A DNA stretch of 64,000 nucleotides from the human T2T-CHM13v2.0 reference genome, Homo sapiens: NCBI RefSeq assembly GCF_009914755.1, contig NC_060929.1, one strand, 5' to 3'. A program made the translations under genes and the position numbers. Every line of letters starts with the position of its first letter. Position 1 is the stretch's first letter. Below are positions 1 through 13,845 of the stretch, piece after piece. A model generated the notes under the pieces. The model was given only the letters and a program-made list of their open reading frames with translations, was not told where the DNA came from and searched no databases.

Positions 1-1444
1 TGGATCTGACTCTAGTTGGATTTTTACCACCTGCATTTGTTCTATTTTTCTAGGGTTTGAGTAAGGGGTTGGAGGAACACTTAGGTTTGTTAATTCATTC
101 ACTCAGCAAGCGTGGCTTTAGCAGCAGCTATGTTCCATGTACTGTTCCCAGCACCGGGGATATTAGGACATGAGGGCAAGGGGTTGCCTCTTATGTTTTT
201 CTTTTGTCTTTTGTTTCAAGCTATTTCCCCAAGTTTTTTCAGTTTAATTATTCACTTCATCTGCCCTATGGCCACAGTTCCATGGACTGGTAGCAAGTGA
301 CCAGTACCTGCTCTTTGGGATCATCCATAGCTTTGAAAACTATTGTCTTTCTTTGGCCACCCCACATCCCTAGCAAGCTACTTTTCCCAGGCCTTACAAA
401 GAACAAACCTACTCCGCTCCTGTGACAGGAATGCGTTTCACTCTGTAGAAGTGGGGGTTCAAGATGCTGGCATCTGACTATGAACCCTTTTCCACCTCTA
501 CTTCTGCTAAAAAACAAAAGGACTAGATCATAAGATCTGCTGCGCACTTTCCAGAGGAAAAAAAAATGTTCTTTGTAGCATAGAGAACCGACCAGGAAGC
601 ATTGTGAGACCTTTTCCAGTCAGTTCTGATTTATTATACAAACTCCAGGCCTCCAAGAGCACCAGGTTTCATGGAACTCTCTGCGGTATTTTGAATCCAT
701 AAGCCAATGAATAGATATTATATCTAAACCACAGGAAGCATCTACTTATCTGTGGTAAGTGTTGCGATGTCCTTCATTTAATAAACCACTTAGAGACACC
801 GTGTGACTGAAGTGAGGAGGACTCTGTATTGGAGTTTAACTTGCTCAGGTGAGCTAAACTCAGTGGAAATTAAAGAGAGATGGTATTTTGTGTTTGGATC
901 CATGACAAATCTAAAAAAACTAAAATAAAAGTAGTATATAGTCATGATACTTCTGTGAGCAGCAGGTGATCATCTTTACTACTTTGACTGCATGCATGAC
1001 TGTCATAGGAATAATGTTTCATACTAAGGTGCAGATACTCCACATAAAAAGAGTGATTTTGAACCTGAAACAGCCCTCAAGAAGACAGTTTCCCAAGTGG
1101 GATGCCATAGCACAGTGGAGTTTGTCAAACAAGTTAACCCCCTCCGCCCTCAACACCAGAGCCAAGACCTCTCACCTATCACCATGGACGCCCTCCTCTC
1201 AGTACAAATGCTGCCATTTCCTGACGATGCCATGACGCAGAAGAAAAGAAGAAAACAAAACCATAAAGCACTGCTACAGTATAACTTAAGCCAAGGACAT
1301 TATGGTGTCAATTTTATAGAAAAATCGTTTAGCAAATTGTCAAAGTTGTGGACATTCCAAATATGCAATTGATTTTCCTATTTTCCTTGTAGTAGGTATG
1401 CTGGGAAGAAAAGTCTCCAGAAAGGAAATGCTTGCTTAAAAGTG

Positions 1445-2110
1445 AGCACCTGGTATACCGTTAGTGGGACCGTAAAATAGCACAGCTGCTGTGGAAAAAG
1501 TTTGGCCGTTCCTCAAAAAGTGAAATATAAAATTACCATATGACCCGTCAATTCCACTCCTAAGTATATACCCCAAAAAGTGAAAACTAGCACTCAGATA
1601 TATATATACATACATATATATATATATATATATGCATATTCAAAGCAATGCAATTCACAATAGCCAAAAGGTGGAAACAGCCCAAATGTCCACCAGCAGA
1701 TTAACAGATAAGCAAATTGTGGTATAGTCATACAGTGGAATACTATTCAGCCATAAAAAAGGAATAAAGTTTGGATATATGCTACAATGTGGCTGAACCT
1801 CAAAAATGTTATGCTAAGTGAAAGAAACATAATACAAAATGTCACATATTGTAGAATTCCATTTACATGAATGTCCGGAATACATAAATGCATAGAGAAA
1901 AAATGCAGCTTGCTGGTTGCCAGGGCCTGAAGGAAGCAGGCGAAGCAACTGCTTCAGGGGTACAGGCCTCCCTTTTTGGGTGATGAGAATGCTTTGGAAC
2001 TAGGTAGAAATGGTGATTACACAGTGTTGCAAATGTACTCATTGCAAGTGAAACTGTTCACTTTAAAATGGCTAAATTTTTATTACGTGATTAAACATTA
2101 AATAATTTTT
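1445..2110 (+). mobile_element. Old L1 (L1MB-like) 3' fragment containing a (TA)n tract at ~1598-1632
   Basis: L1 ORF2-end/3'UTR motifs: ttaccatatgacccgtcaattccactcctaagtatatacc, ggaatactattcagccataaaaaaggaa, atgctaagtgaaagaa. Confidence 0.85.
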
Positions 2111-3426
2111 AAAACAGATGAGAAAAGAACTGTAAGCAAAAATATAAAGTAAAACAGCTAGGGCACCAGACCCTGAGCATAACATCAGTTAAATGATAAG
2201 AACCTACAGTCTGCTCTTTCACACTTTTGTGCCTTCTCTTTTCTGCAGAAGCTTTGCAGAGTTTGATTTCTGCAAAATACCACACCTTACATGCATGCCA
2301 CAATGCTGTACTCCTCATTGCTTCTGAGTCACTGATAGATGAGGAAATCTGTCCTCAAAGAGAGAGCTGGAAAGGAAAGGCAGAGGGGAAAAATAAACCT
2401 TACATCCTTATGCCTGCATAGAGGACATCGCATTCATGTTTAACAAAAACAGAAAACAAAACAAAAAAAACAGACAGCAATATGAAGACAGAAGTATGAA
2501 GAGAAGTTTTGCAGCATGAAGATAATTCCAGGCTGGTGTGATCATGGGAGCATTGTCATTTCTGGAGACTTGACATTTCCAACCGGCAATCGTTTAAAAT
2601 CATGTACATGCCATTTGCAACTGAACATGCTAGTGGGTAATTTGTTATTTTGAGATGGAAAACAAAGGCACACAGAGGTTCTCATGACTTGCTGAAACAA
2701 GAGACCAAGAATTAGAACCCAGTGCCCCAAGTGATGAGTTCTGGGCCCTCTGCCTCTAGCAGGGGCTGTCTTGTTGGTGATTTTTCTAGAGCTGGTGGAG
2801 TTCGGCCTCAGCACAGAACCTGAGTGAAGAAGCTGTCCAAATGGGTTTCTCCTTTCCCTACCTGCAGGCTTACCCTTCATCTGACCCATCCTGTAAACTG
2901 ATACTAAGACAGCAATTCTTAAATACCTCTTCCAATGTGTCAGGTACCTACCAGGACTTCCCAGATCCTACCCCACTCCGTCACTTCTTCCTCTGTCCCA
3001 GCTCCTCATAGCCAAAGTCACTTCCCCTACCCCGGTCATCTACCCTCTGTTTGCTCAGTCCATGGGGAATGGCCTCCTACACCTCATCCTAGACTTTGGC
3101 TCTGCACCCTTCCCACATCTCTGCCCTTCCAAACCCTCCTCCTCCCCACGGCATGAAACACAGGGCTAAGAACTCCAGCAAATACTTGAGTCAGCTGCTT
3201 GTCTCTTAGGATTGAGGAACCATTGGCATCTCAGCTTCTGCGAGCCCACACCTCCTTTGAAATAAGCCTGAGAGCTCAGAGCTTCAAATCCAAAACCAAC
3301 CTGTTTTCAGCCACACTGCTCACCACCTTGGGGGTGCAAAATGAGACCTCCCAGGCCACCTGAGAAGAACAAGAAGCTTCTTCTCTTGTAAGCTGCCCCC
3401 ACATAGCAACCCCTCTTTTAAGAGGG

Positions 3427-3905
3427 TGAATTAGTTTCCAGGGCTGCTGTAACAAATGACCACAAACTGAGTGGCTTAAAACAACAGAAGTGTTCTCTCT
3501 CACAGTTCTGGGGACCGGAAGTCCAAACTGAAGGTGTCCGCAGGGCCGTGTTCCCTCTGAAGGCCCTAGCGAGACTCTTGCCTGCCTCCCCGTGACCTCC
3601 GGTGGGTGCCTGCAGCCCAAGCATTCCGTGGCTCCTAGCTGCAGCTCTCCACTCTCCACGTCCATCGTCACGCAGCCTTCTTTCCCCCGTCGCTGTGTCT
3701 CTGTTCTCTCTTCTTAGGAGAACATCAGCCACCGGGTCAGGGCCCACCCTCACCCAGTACGCCCTCATCTTAACTGTTAGGTTGGTGCAAAAGTAATGGC
3801 GGCTTTTGCCGTTGTACTTATATCTGCATGACTCTATTTCCAAATAAGGTCACCTTCAGAGGCTCCAAATGGACCTGGATTCTAGGGGGACACTATCCAA
3901 CCCAA
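3427..3905 (-). mobile_element. MLT1B/C-like MaLR solo LTR
   Basis: Reverse LTR end tgaattagtttccagggctgctgtaacaaatgaccacaaactgagtggcttaaaacaacag; ctatttccaaataaggtcac. Confidence 0.85.
3777..3820. mobile_element. Half MADE1 (Hsmar1 mariner TIR) nested in MLT1
   Basis: ttaggttggtgcaaaagtaatggcggcttttgccgtt matches the MADE1 arm TTAGGTTGGTGCAAAAGTAATTGCGGTTTTTGCCATT. Confidence 0.85.
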
Positions 3906-5369
3906 TACCAGAGGGAAGGTGGGGAGTGGGAAAGATTTGGAATTAGCATTGTAAGGAGGATCATTCCAGTTTCTGTTACTCCATCTCCTCAGCTCCCCTG
4001 AAGGACTCAAGTGCCAGCTCAGCCTTTGCCATCTTGTCGCTCCCTCTCTAGGCCGCCCCCAGTCCCAGATGGGCTGGCTGTCTACAGGCACCAGCTGCCT
4101 TTCCATCCTGAAGGAATTCCTCAGCCCTGGCCTGCCTCACCTGAGTGTAAAGTTTGCAGAGACAGATATTAAATCAGGTTTTCACCTGGTTCATTACATT
4201 CTGATGATTTTGAACTACTGGGATTTTCAATCTGAAAGAAAACATTTTGATACGGCAATGCCCACAGGACAGCTCTAGGATGAGCTGTTAAAGGACATTT
4301 AGTGCGTCCTGGGAAGCAGCAGAGTGTGAGGCTATGTACAGACGCGCCACTTAAAACCCACCAGTCGACTCGCTAGACGGCCCAAAGGGAGATGTAGTTA
4401 TGTGGAAGAGCTTTAATCAGAATTTAGGCATAAAATGAAAAGCTCCAAAGGAAAGCAGGTCTTTCAGTCTCTGCACGGCATCCTACAGATTCAGCCCAGC
4501 TCCTTTTAATGCAAAGTTTACCAAGTCAAGAAGGAACAGGCAGCCCAGAGACACTGGGTACAAATCATGGCTTTGCCAACCTTGTTCCTGGCATTGAGCT
4601 TTGACTGGGCTGGACCATGCTGTTTCAGAGAACCCAGCTCTTTCTTTTTATTTATTTTTCTTAATAGGAAGGGCTACTTGCATCCTTCAGTCTACGAACT
4701 GTTCTGGAGCTCAGACTCGCCATTGCCAATGTGACACATCTATACGCTCATCTCTTCCCGAGTCTGCAGTCAGCCTTGTGTCAGAAGAGTCCTGGGTCTG
4801 ACTTCCTTTTTGTCTCTTAAAGCCCTTGGCAGAGTTCCCCACAAAGTGCCTTGCTCTCCCGGGGGTTCAGAAAGTTGAGTGCAATGAGCAGAAGCAATGT
4901 GATGTGTTCACGGGATTGGATTTGTATACATAAGACAATATTCAGCACACACTGCATTCATATATAGTAACGAGTAATGACTATTGGGCAGCAGAAGGGG
5001 ATGCTGGGGAAAAGGGAGCATGTCCTCTGAGACCCAGGCTTCATCTCCTGACATTGGCAAACCAGCTGTGCTGTGCAGCCTTCAGCTGTTTTTCAGCCTC
5101 CAGGACGTCTCTACCAGAGGTTCCGAGGGGCATCTCTCGTGACGTGTCTCTAGTGACAGGTTCTAGACATAAGAGAGAAAGCATGATAGAATTTTCTTAC
5201 TAGGCCATTTTGCATTTTGCAGATGTGGATGCCTGGTAAGAGCCAGAGGAAAAAGCCCCAGGTCAGATTGTCACTGTGAGCCAACCTGGATGGAAAGGGA
5301 GCTAAACTATGAAGCCACATGAGACGGGAGCTCAGAGGGCCCAGAGCAGAAGTGAGGTGAGTCGGACCC

Positions 5370-5795
5370 CTACTGTGCCTGCACGTCCCCCGCCCCCACT
5401 TCCCCCACTCATATGCCAAGGTCCTAACCCTAGTATCTCGAAAGTGGCCTTATTTGGGGATAAGCTCTTCACAGAGGTCATCAAGTTAAGGTGAGGCCAT
5501 TAGGGTGGCCCTCATCCAAGATATCCTGTGTCTTTATAAAAGGGGGAGATTTGGACACAGAGACAGGCACAAATAGAGAACCACGTGAAGATTCAGGGGG
5601 AAAATGGTCATCAACACGCTAAGGGCAAAGGCCTGGAACAGAGCCTCCCCTCACAGCCTCAGACGGAAGCAACCCTGTCAGCATCTCGATCTCAGACTTT
5701 CAGTTTCCAGAACTGTGAGACGATACACTTTTGTTTAATCCACACTGACAGTTAAGCCGTAACCTTGTTACAGCAACTGCCGCAAACGAATATGC
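5370..5795 (+). mobile_element. MLT1B-like MaLR solo LTR
   Basis: gtcctaaccc...gtggccttatttgggga...gaggtcatcaagttaaggtgagg...tctcagactttcagtttccagaactgtgaga. Confidence 0.8.
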
Positions 5796-6149
5796 CTGCA
5801 GTGACCGGTCCTGTATGCCTGCCCTGCTTTGCAGGTACATGGGGGCATTGAAAATGGAATCCATGCCCAAACCAGCCTCAACCAGTCCCCTTTGGTCAGG
5901 TCGTGGTGCTGTCAGCTTTCATCAGTGACACTCATTTCCATGACATTCTAGCTTAACAGATATGGTGCACCAGAAAGCTGCCTAGCAATTTCACAATATC
6001 AACCAAATTATTTTAACATGGCCATCTTTTCATTCAGCAATTGCGTGTCCAAGGATGTAGAGAATTTCCCCCAAGAAATACAGACAAGTCCTCAGAGATG
6101 CATATAAGGATGTTTGCAACAGCATTTTTCTGTTCCTCATTGATTGTTT

Positions 6150-7040
6150 TCATATTTTGTTTGAAAATAATTCAAATTTACAAAAAGTTGCAGAATAAAA
6201 ATAGTAAATGCTTGTATGCCATTGACCCAGAGTTTCTCATTGTCCACAGTTTGCTTCATTTATCACCTTCATTTATCACCCTCTCTCTCTCACCCTCTCT
6301 CAACCATTTGAACAAAGATTGCTTACCTTTCAGCCCTTTAATTCTAACTATTTCAGTGTGTGTTTCCTGAGAATAAGGATATCACCTTACATCACCACAA
6401 TACAGTCACCAACTACAGTAAATTTCTCAGTAAATCAGGACATCCCCTCATCAAAACAGTGTTTTTATTCAATCTGCCTTCCACAATCCAATTTTATCAA
6501 CTGACCCAAAAACGTCCTTTTTTTTCTCCACCACAAAATCCAGTCCAGGCTCAGGCATTGCATTTAGATGTCATGATTCTTTCATTTCCTTTAGTCTACA
6601 ACATTTCCACAACCTTTCCTTGTCTTTTATGACATTGACGCTATTGAAGAACACAATTTATTTTTAATAGACTAGCCCTCATTTGAGGTTTGTTGCATGT
6701 CTGCTCGTGGCTGGGTTCAGGTTACTCCAGTTCAAGGTGGAAAACCCCACAAATGATGCTCTGTCCTTCCCAGGGTGTCCCATCTGGAGGTCCAGGATAG
6801 CCACCTACTCCTCACTGGTGATGTCAATTTTTATCACTCAGTCAAGTATTGTCCAATTGCTCCATTGTGTAATTGCTATTTTTTCCCTTGTAAATAACAC
6901 GCAGTCTGTAGGGAGACACTGTAAGACCCTGTAAATATCTTGCTTCCCTTAGGTTTAGCACACATGGATGACTTTTGCCTGAGCCAATCTTGACTCTAAT
7001 GCCTATGAAACGATAATTTTCCAGCTCCAGCACGCCCTCT
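6150..7040 (-). mobile_element. Old L1 (L1MC-like) 3' fragment
   Basis: tttgaaaataattcaaatttacaaaaagttgcag start and tttcagtgtgtgtttcctgagaataagga typical of reversed L1MC 3' ends. Confidence 0.65.
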
Positions 7041-7339
7041 AGAGTGACTGCCTTACTCAGCATCCTACTACAAACCTCACTACTCACACGTGTGCCAGAG
7101 GACAGAGACACACCCTGCAGGGCTTCCTGAGCCTGGCCTGGTAAGGAAGTTTCCAGAGCTTTCGCAGTCACGACATCTCCTCTACGACAAGAGACAAGTT
7201 CCTGCCCTTGCATTACTTGCCACGAAGAAAACGACACAATCTTTGCAGGCTGCTTTGAATTTTAGAGGCAAGACGAAACACATTTGAAAATGCTGCTTTA
7301 ACTGTATAACCCAAAAGGTAACCCTGTCAACCCAGAACG

Positions 7340-8585
7340 TCTTTTCCCTGCCCCCAGCACTTCTATCAGACTCACCATTAGTGGAGTTACAGAATGCCTC
7401 CATGCCTGAACCAGTACCCTGGTATCCCGCGTAATATCATCTCCAACCAGGGAACATTTTACAATAAAGGAAATGATTCCATGGGCTCAGGCCTACAGAA
7501 TTCCCTGGGTTTGCTACATGCCTAATACCAGAAGCCACTGGCTGGACAGAATGATGAATGGTCTGCTGAAAGCCTGGTTATAGTACCAGCTGGAAGAAAA
7601 CATTCATTCCGTCTATGAAGTAACAGGGCAAAATGCCCGCCTTAAAGTTTAGGGATTAAACCAATGGTCAACCTATGGTGTCATCATCCCTCATAGCCAG
7701 GAGCACAGGCCATGGAAACAAGGGGTGGAGGTGGAAGCACCCCCTCACTATTACGTGTAGTAACGCACTGGAGAAGTTTGCTTCCCATGCCTAGAACGTT
7801 GGCTTTGGTGGGTGTGGAGGTTGCCTTAGTCCATTCACACTGCTAAAACAAAATAGCATAAACTGATAGCTTACAAATGACAGAAATTCATTTCCCAATA
7901 GTTCTGGCAGCTGGGAAGTCCAAGATCACAGCAGATTCCGTGTCTGGTGAGGGCCCATGTTCTGGTTCATAGACGGCGCCCTCTCGCTGTGTCTGCACAT
8001 GGTAGAAGGAGTGGGGAGCCCCCTAGGGCCTCTTATATAAGGACACCAATCACATCACAAGAGCTCTGCCCTTATGACTTCCCAAATGCCCCACCTCCTA
8101 ATACCATGGCCTTGGGGGTTAGGATTTCAACATACAAATGGGGAAGAGAGAACATAGACATTCAGACAATAGCAGAGGCCCATGTCCAAAGCAGGAAAAC
8201 AGGCATGGTTCTGAGTAACTGGAAGTCAAGATCTCCTTGTGAGGCTGTTTTGGCTTCCTTGTGCCAATAAACCAAGGACCAGAGTGGGGAGTCCAGCGGA
8301 AATTTGGGGGAAGGTACCAAGAAGGACTGTTTGAAACCTAGAGAATCCATGGGGTTCCTGCTTTGTTCTCCCTTGCCTCATGTTCCTGGTCAACAGAAAA
8401 CTGCAGAAAGGTCACCACAATCTCATGTCCTGCAGGAATGCAGCCGTGGGTCACCTCACCAGGTAAAGAATCCATCCAGCATATGGCTGGCAAAAGGCAA
8501 GGGAACTAGGGAAAGGAATGGCTGGTGGAAAGGAGCGCTGGGCCTCTCAGGACCTCCTGACCAGCTGTCAAGCAGGATCGTAGCA
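7340..8585 (+). mobile_element. Degenerate ERVL internal fragment (integrase C-terminal half and dUTPase region), split by an MLT1A LTR
   Basis: Colinear with remembered HERV-L pol 3' end: ggtatcccgcgtaatatcatctccaaccagggaacattttaca (GIP..I.S.QG.HFT), ccagaagccactggc, caaggggtggaggtggaag, aactggaagtcaagat, gggtcacctcaccaggtaa; no intact ORF. Confidence 0.75.
7822..8174 (-). mobile_element. MLT1A-like MaLR solo LTR inserted in ERVL
   Basis: TG...CA ends (tgccttagtccattc ... cattcagacaatagca); 5-bp TSD gaggt/gaggc. Confidence 0.85.
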
Positions 8586-8806
8586 GCTAGGTGTATGTAC
8601 CCACTTGATTGTCACTGCCTCAGTCCTAAATCCTTATGTGAAGGGCATAGGCTTGGCTGACCTTTCAGGTTTCAAGTGGAAACACAAGTAAATTAACATC
8701 ACTTTGCAATAAGAGTAGTTGACGGCACTTCATGCATTCCCTGTGCTGGGGACATGAGCTTTTTATCCAAAAGAACAGAATAGATGCTGGGGGCAAAGGG
8801 GTGGGC

Positions 8807-9266
8807 TGGGCCAGATGCCTTCTGTTTGCTCTTCCAGGTTTGTCTCCTCCTGCTGCACCTTGGCCTCGGCCCCAGGAGGCTGGATTGCTCACACTCTATG
8901 ACAGGCCCCCAGAAAGTCTGTCCTCTAGTTGGGTTTGCTCAGCGGGAGCCCCAGCAGCAGAGGAAAGAGAGTGAAGTCAGGGTATTTCTTCTCTGGTTCC
9001 TCCCTGAGGTCACCTCGGGCTGGTATGTCACTGTTCCTCCCTAGGTGGCTTGCTCCAACCACTGTTTCTTCCGGGTTTCAGTGACCTCTCCTATCCTTCA
9101 GCCCAGGCAGGAATGGCTTCACGGTCACAACCCTAGTTCCTGCACTGGGCTATGGTTTCCTTATACCTGCCACATCTTTGTGATTATTTTCTTTATAAAT
9201 AAAGCCTCCTTGATTTATCCTAAGAGGGCACACCATCTGTTATCCCTTGGCGCCCTAACCAATACA
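8807..9266 (+). mobile_element. ERVL LTR (LTR33-like), probable 3' LTR of the upstream ERVL fragment
   Basis: Preceded by purine-rich gggggcaaaggggtgggc; contains aataaa; ends ccatctgttatcccttggcgccctaaccaataca. Confidence 0.65.
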
Positions 9267-9870
9267 CAGAGTTTCAATAGTGTGCCCAGGGTCCTGCAAC
9301 TGTGAAGCAGTAGGGACAGCAGTGACTTGAGACCAGGCTCCCGGCCCTGATGCTCGTTCCTGCCCCAGCCCCTTGGCCCACCCAGGAGGATCCTGCACCT
9401 TAAAGGACAATCCACCTGTGCTCACAGCTGCCAGCTCCCAGCACCCACATCCTGTACATGGGGCAGGCAGAAGGGCTACACACAGAAGGCCCCACACAAC
9501 CCCTCCACCCACAGGTATGGGACAGTTGATAAATGCCCAGTGTCCACCCCCTCAGGGGGGACAATACACATTCCCTCAGAGAGCTGCAGCAGGATCCATC
9601 TCCAGCCACCCATGAGGGTGACCAGCTCACCAGCAGCCCCTCCACTGTTCACCCCCATTTCCCAACTCTTTTCCTCCCCTCTTGGTGTCTCCTGGGAGCA
9701 CCTCCCCACACACTACTCACACCCAAACCTTTGTTTCAGCAATTAAAGACACCCAAACTGACATAGCACCCGGCCTGCACTCCCTCCTTCTGTGCAAGCC
9801 ACCTCCCTGAGCTACTGAGCACTCAAAGGCAAGGGTGTAGCCTTCAGAGATGGAGAAGAAATCATTTTCA

Positions 9871-10267
<397 letters not shown>

Positions 10268-10274
10268 GGGGGAT

Positions 10275-10958
10275 GTGGTTTACAGGATAGCAGCTCCCAA
10301 AGACATCTATGCTCGGGACCTGTGAATATGCACCTTACGTGGCCAAAGGGGCTTTGCTGCTTTGGTTAGGGTTACAGGAGCCCTTAAAAGCACAGGACTT
10401 CCATGGGCTGGAGGACAGAGGCTGGACGCGTAGAGAGGAACTCGACCGCTGTTGCTGGCCTTGAAGACCAAAGAAGGGGGTCAGGAGCAGGGAACATGGG
10501 TGGCTTCTGAATGCTAAGAACAGCTCCCCCCACCCCAGCCAACAGCCAGCAGGGACACGGGGACATCAGTCCCACCCCTGCATGGAAAGAAATTCGGAAC
10601 TTTAAGGTAAGAAATGGATATTGTTGTTCTCACTCTTAGGTGAGAGCTAAACAAAGGTACACATGGACATACAGAGTGGAATAATAGACACCAGAGACTC
10701 CAAAAGGTGGGAGGGGGCTAAAGGATGGAAAATGATCTGTTGGGTACAATGTACACTACTCAGGTGATGGCTACACTAAAAGCCCAGACTTCACCACTAC
10801 ACAATATATCCGTGTAACAAAACTGCACTTCTACCCCCTAAATCTATTTTTTTAGAAATGAAAACAGTTTGTGATGCATCTTTAAAACAAATAAATAGAT
10901 GTTGTTTTAAGCTCCTAAGTTTGTGGTAAACTGTTATGGTAAAAAGAAAACGAATACA
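10275..10958 (+). mobile_element. MLT1D-like LTR interrupted by an L1 3' tip
   Basis: ggacctgtgaatatgcaccttacgtggccaaagggg; ends gttgttttaagctcctaagtttgtggtaa...aataca. Confidence 0.75.
10620..10865 (+). mobile_element. L1PB-like 3' end
   Basis: gttctcactc...gagctaa...ggacatacagagtggaataatagacac...aaaagcccagacttcaccactacacaatatatcc. Confidence 0.85.
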
Positions 10959-12689
10959 CAGAATGACAAAAATTTATTTCCACATGCCACATCTTAGAAA
11001 ACTGCCTGAGGATGCACTCTAGCAAAAAGAGGGAGTAAACAAAGAAAGGGGGTGGTGCAGGGGCTAGAAAATAGTGTCCTCCACTGAGGACAGTGGAGAC
11101 CAAACACAGATCCCACAGGGGCGGGAGCTCTCCAGGGCAAATTGGGGAAGCGGGGCTGAGCCCACCAAGGGTACAGGTAGGGATCAGCCCTCAGTCTCCA
11201 GCAGGGCCAAGCCAGTCTGTAGAGGGGAACACATAGAAGAGCAGCTGCCTTAGTCAGTGACCCCAAAATACTAAGGTGGGAAGAAAGCCCCAGTTGCCTG
11301 CTGGTGATAGCGGGCAGCCAGTGGTGCCTCCATCATCACTCTCAGTGGAAGGATGGCGACTTGGCCCAGGCCTTAGTGGAAGACTTGTACCTCAACTGTT
11401 TTCATCTTTTCTTTGGGTCCAGATAATGAAACATCTGTGGCAAGAGAGAGAAGAGAAAGAGAAAGAGAAAGAGAGAGAAGATGTGTATCTCTTGTGTTGA
11501 TGAAACACAAGAATTAGATGTTTAAATATATTATTTAGAGTTACACAGCTAAAGAAAAGTGGAACTAAATAAGTGATGTCGTTATAGGAGGAGGAGAAGC
11601 AGGGGTGGGGTGAATCCTCATCTATTTCAGCAGGAAGCTAGTAGATGGTGTTTAAAGTTGATAAATCAAGAGAGAGCCACATAAGTGCATTGTTTACAGA
11701 CATGGAGGTAACCACCAGATTTAAAATGAGACAGTTAAAAGCAGTTTTGTTTCGAGAACTGAACTGAGGAGGAAGAATAGAGCAAAAGCCTGTTATTTTT
11801 CACTACATGCCCCTCTGTACTATTTGGTTTTCTAATCCCATGCATGAAATCCTTTTATATATATTGTTTTTACAAAAGAAGAAAAAGAGAGAGAAGAAGG
11901 GAGGGAGGGAGGGACCCCTGCCTGAACATGCATCACCAAAGCCAGAGCCAGCAGGAGGTTGCAACAAGCTGGAACTGCTCAGGCTGTGCCCAAGGAGCCC
12001 CCAGCACTGCTGCCCTCCTGCTGGTGTGGGGCACATTGCTCCAGAGATCAGGGTGGGGTCAGCTGGCAGCATGGGAGACAGGCTCAAGGATGGGGAACAG
12101 CCTGGGTCAGGAGAGTATGATGGTGTTGAAGCTAGCCCCAGGGGGTCTATCAAGGCAGGTGTAGCAACTGTTCCAGACACTTCCAGGGTTTGGCCTAAGC
12201 CTGGACATCTGTGTTTGCTAAGGAGATTCCATCATTTGGGGGACAACTTGAACAGATCACTCAAGGAATGAAAACTGGGCATATGACCAGCTGACTCTTC
12301 CTCCTCTTCTTCCCAATGTCCTCAGAGAAGTAAAATAAAGCCCAAACTCTCCAGCAGAGTGCAAGGTACTTGTTGGAGGAAAGGAAGAGAAGGCTGCTCT
12401 TTAGGCGACTTGTCCATAGCAAGGCCAGCTGGGGCCACCTGTGGGAGACCTTTGTCCAACCCAGAATGAGGTGTCAGCTGGAGCTTAGGGTCATATTGAC
12501 TCCATATAAGGGTCATACACAGAATTTGAGGGTTCACAAAACACATTGCATGCATTACCTGATCTCGTGCTCATAAGCACCCTGCAAGTATAGAAGGCCA
12601 ATATAACTTCCTACTGACAAGTAGGGAAAGCTCAAGCTCACAGAGAGTAAGTAACGAAGCCAAAGTCAACTGTCCTGAGTAGCCGTGGA

Positions 12690-13020
12690 CCGAGCTCCCT
12701 GTGTCCCTGCTGGCTGTTGGTCGGGGGGATTGTTCTTTGCATTTAGAAGCCTCACACATTCCCTGCTCCTGACCCCCTTCAAGGCCAGCAGCAGTGATCG
12801 AGTCCTTCTCTATGCTTCCAGTCTCTCTGAGCTCCCTTCTGCTTGTGAAATTCTGCTGCTTTTAAGGGCTCCTGTAACCAAACTAGGCTCACATGGAAAA
12901 TCCAGGATTCTCTCCCACCTCAGGTTTTATAACTGCAACAGCAAAGTCTCTTTGGCCACGTAAAGTGCGTATTTACAGCTTCCAAGAATCAGAGCGTGGA
13001 TGTCTTTGGGGGCTGCTATC
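12690..13020 (-). mobile_element. MLT1E-like LTR fragment (MIR-like remnant immediately upstream)
   Basis: ccccttcaaggccagcagcag...cttttaagggctcctgtaacc...ctgcaacagcaaagtctctttggccacgtaa. Confidence 0.6.
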
Positions 13021-13807
13021 TTGTCAATCACATTCTGCGTGTCTCAGAATATCTATCATTTTGCCTTTTCCCTTAGGGAAAAAAGAAGGAACTGGAAGAT
13101 TTGCTGGGCCTGCCTGGGCCACCTGGGGCCAGCTGTTTTCTAAACACCAGCTCCATGACAGGCTTCATCCACAGACATGAACAAACAGGCTCTAGGGACA
13201 GCGGCCCCGCATCTAACAAGATGCCCATGCTGGCTGTGACCTCCTAGACATGCTCAGCAGCAAATGATTTGGAGATGAGAGCTGGTTTCTGCCATGGATA
13301 AAATGTAAGTGCTGGTGGGCTAGGGACCATGGTCAGCCTGCCCCTGGGCTCACTCTTTCCTTTATATGCAGAGAGAATTGTTTAAGCCCCCATAACCCAA
13401 AAGTGGGCACCCCCCGCATCTCTCAGGGTTCTCGGGGCCCCCACAGGTCTTCCAGTCCCTGTTTTTTCTCTTTCCTCCTTCATGAGTCTCATCATCTTTC
13501 ATGCAGATACCCCTGGACTTGCACCTCTTGCTTTCCCTGCCACAAACACCCACAATGTGCAGAGCCTTCCCCTTCCTTTCTCCAAAAGACAGCTCCTCCC
13601 AAGTAATAAAATTGTACTAAACACTCAGAGTCATAGTGAGCAGTTACCTCACAGAAGATAAATTAAACATTAGACATTTCCAGTTTTACAAGGAAGAGTC
13701 ATTCTCATTTGAGGAAATAAATTACAAGCCAAATTTTTTTCCAAATCCCTCAGGCCCTGCATTGCATTTCTCAACAGTGCTCAAGACCTGTTCTGGTCAC
13801 TGTTTCT

Positions 13808-13812
13808 TTCTT

Positions 13813-13845
<33 letters not shown>

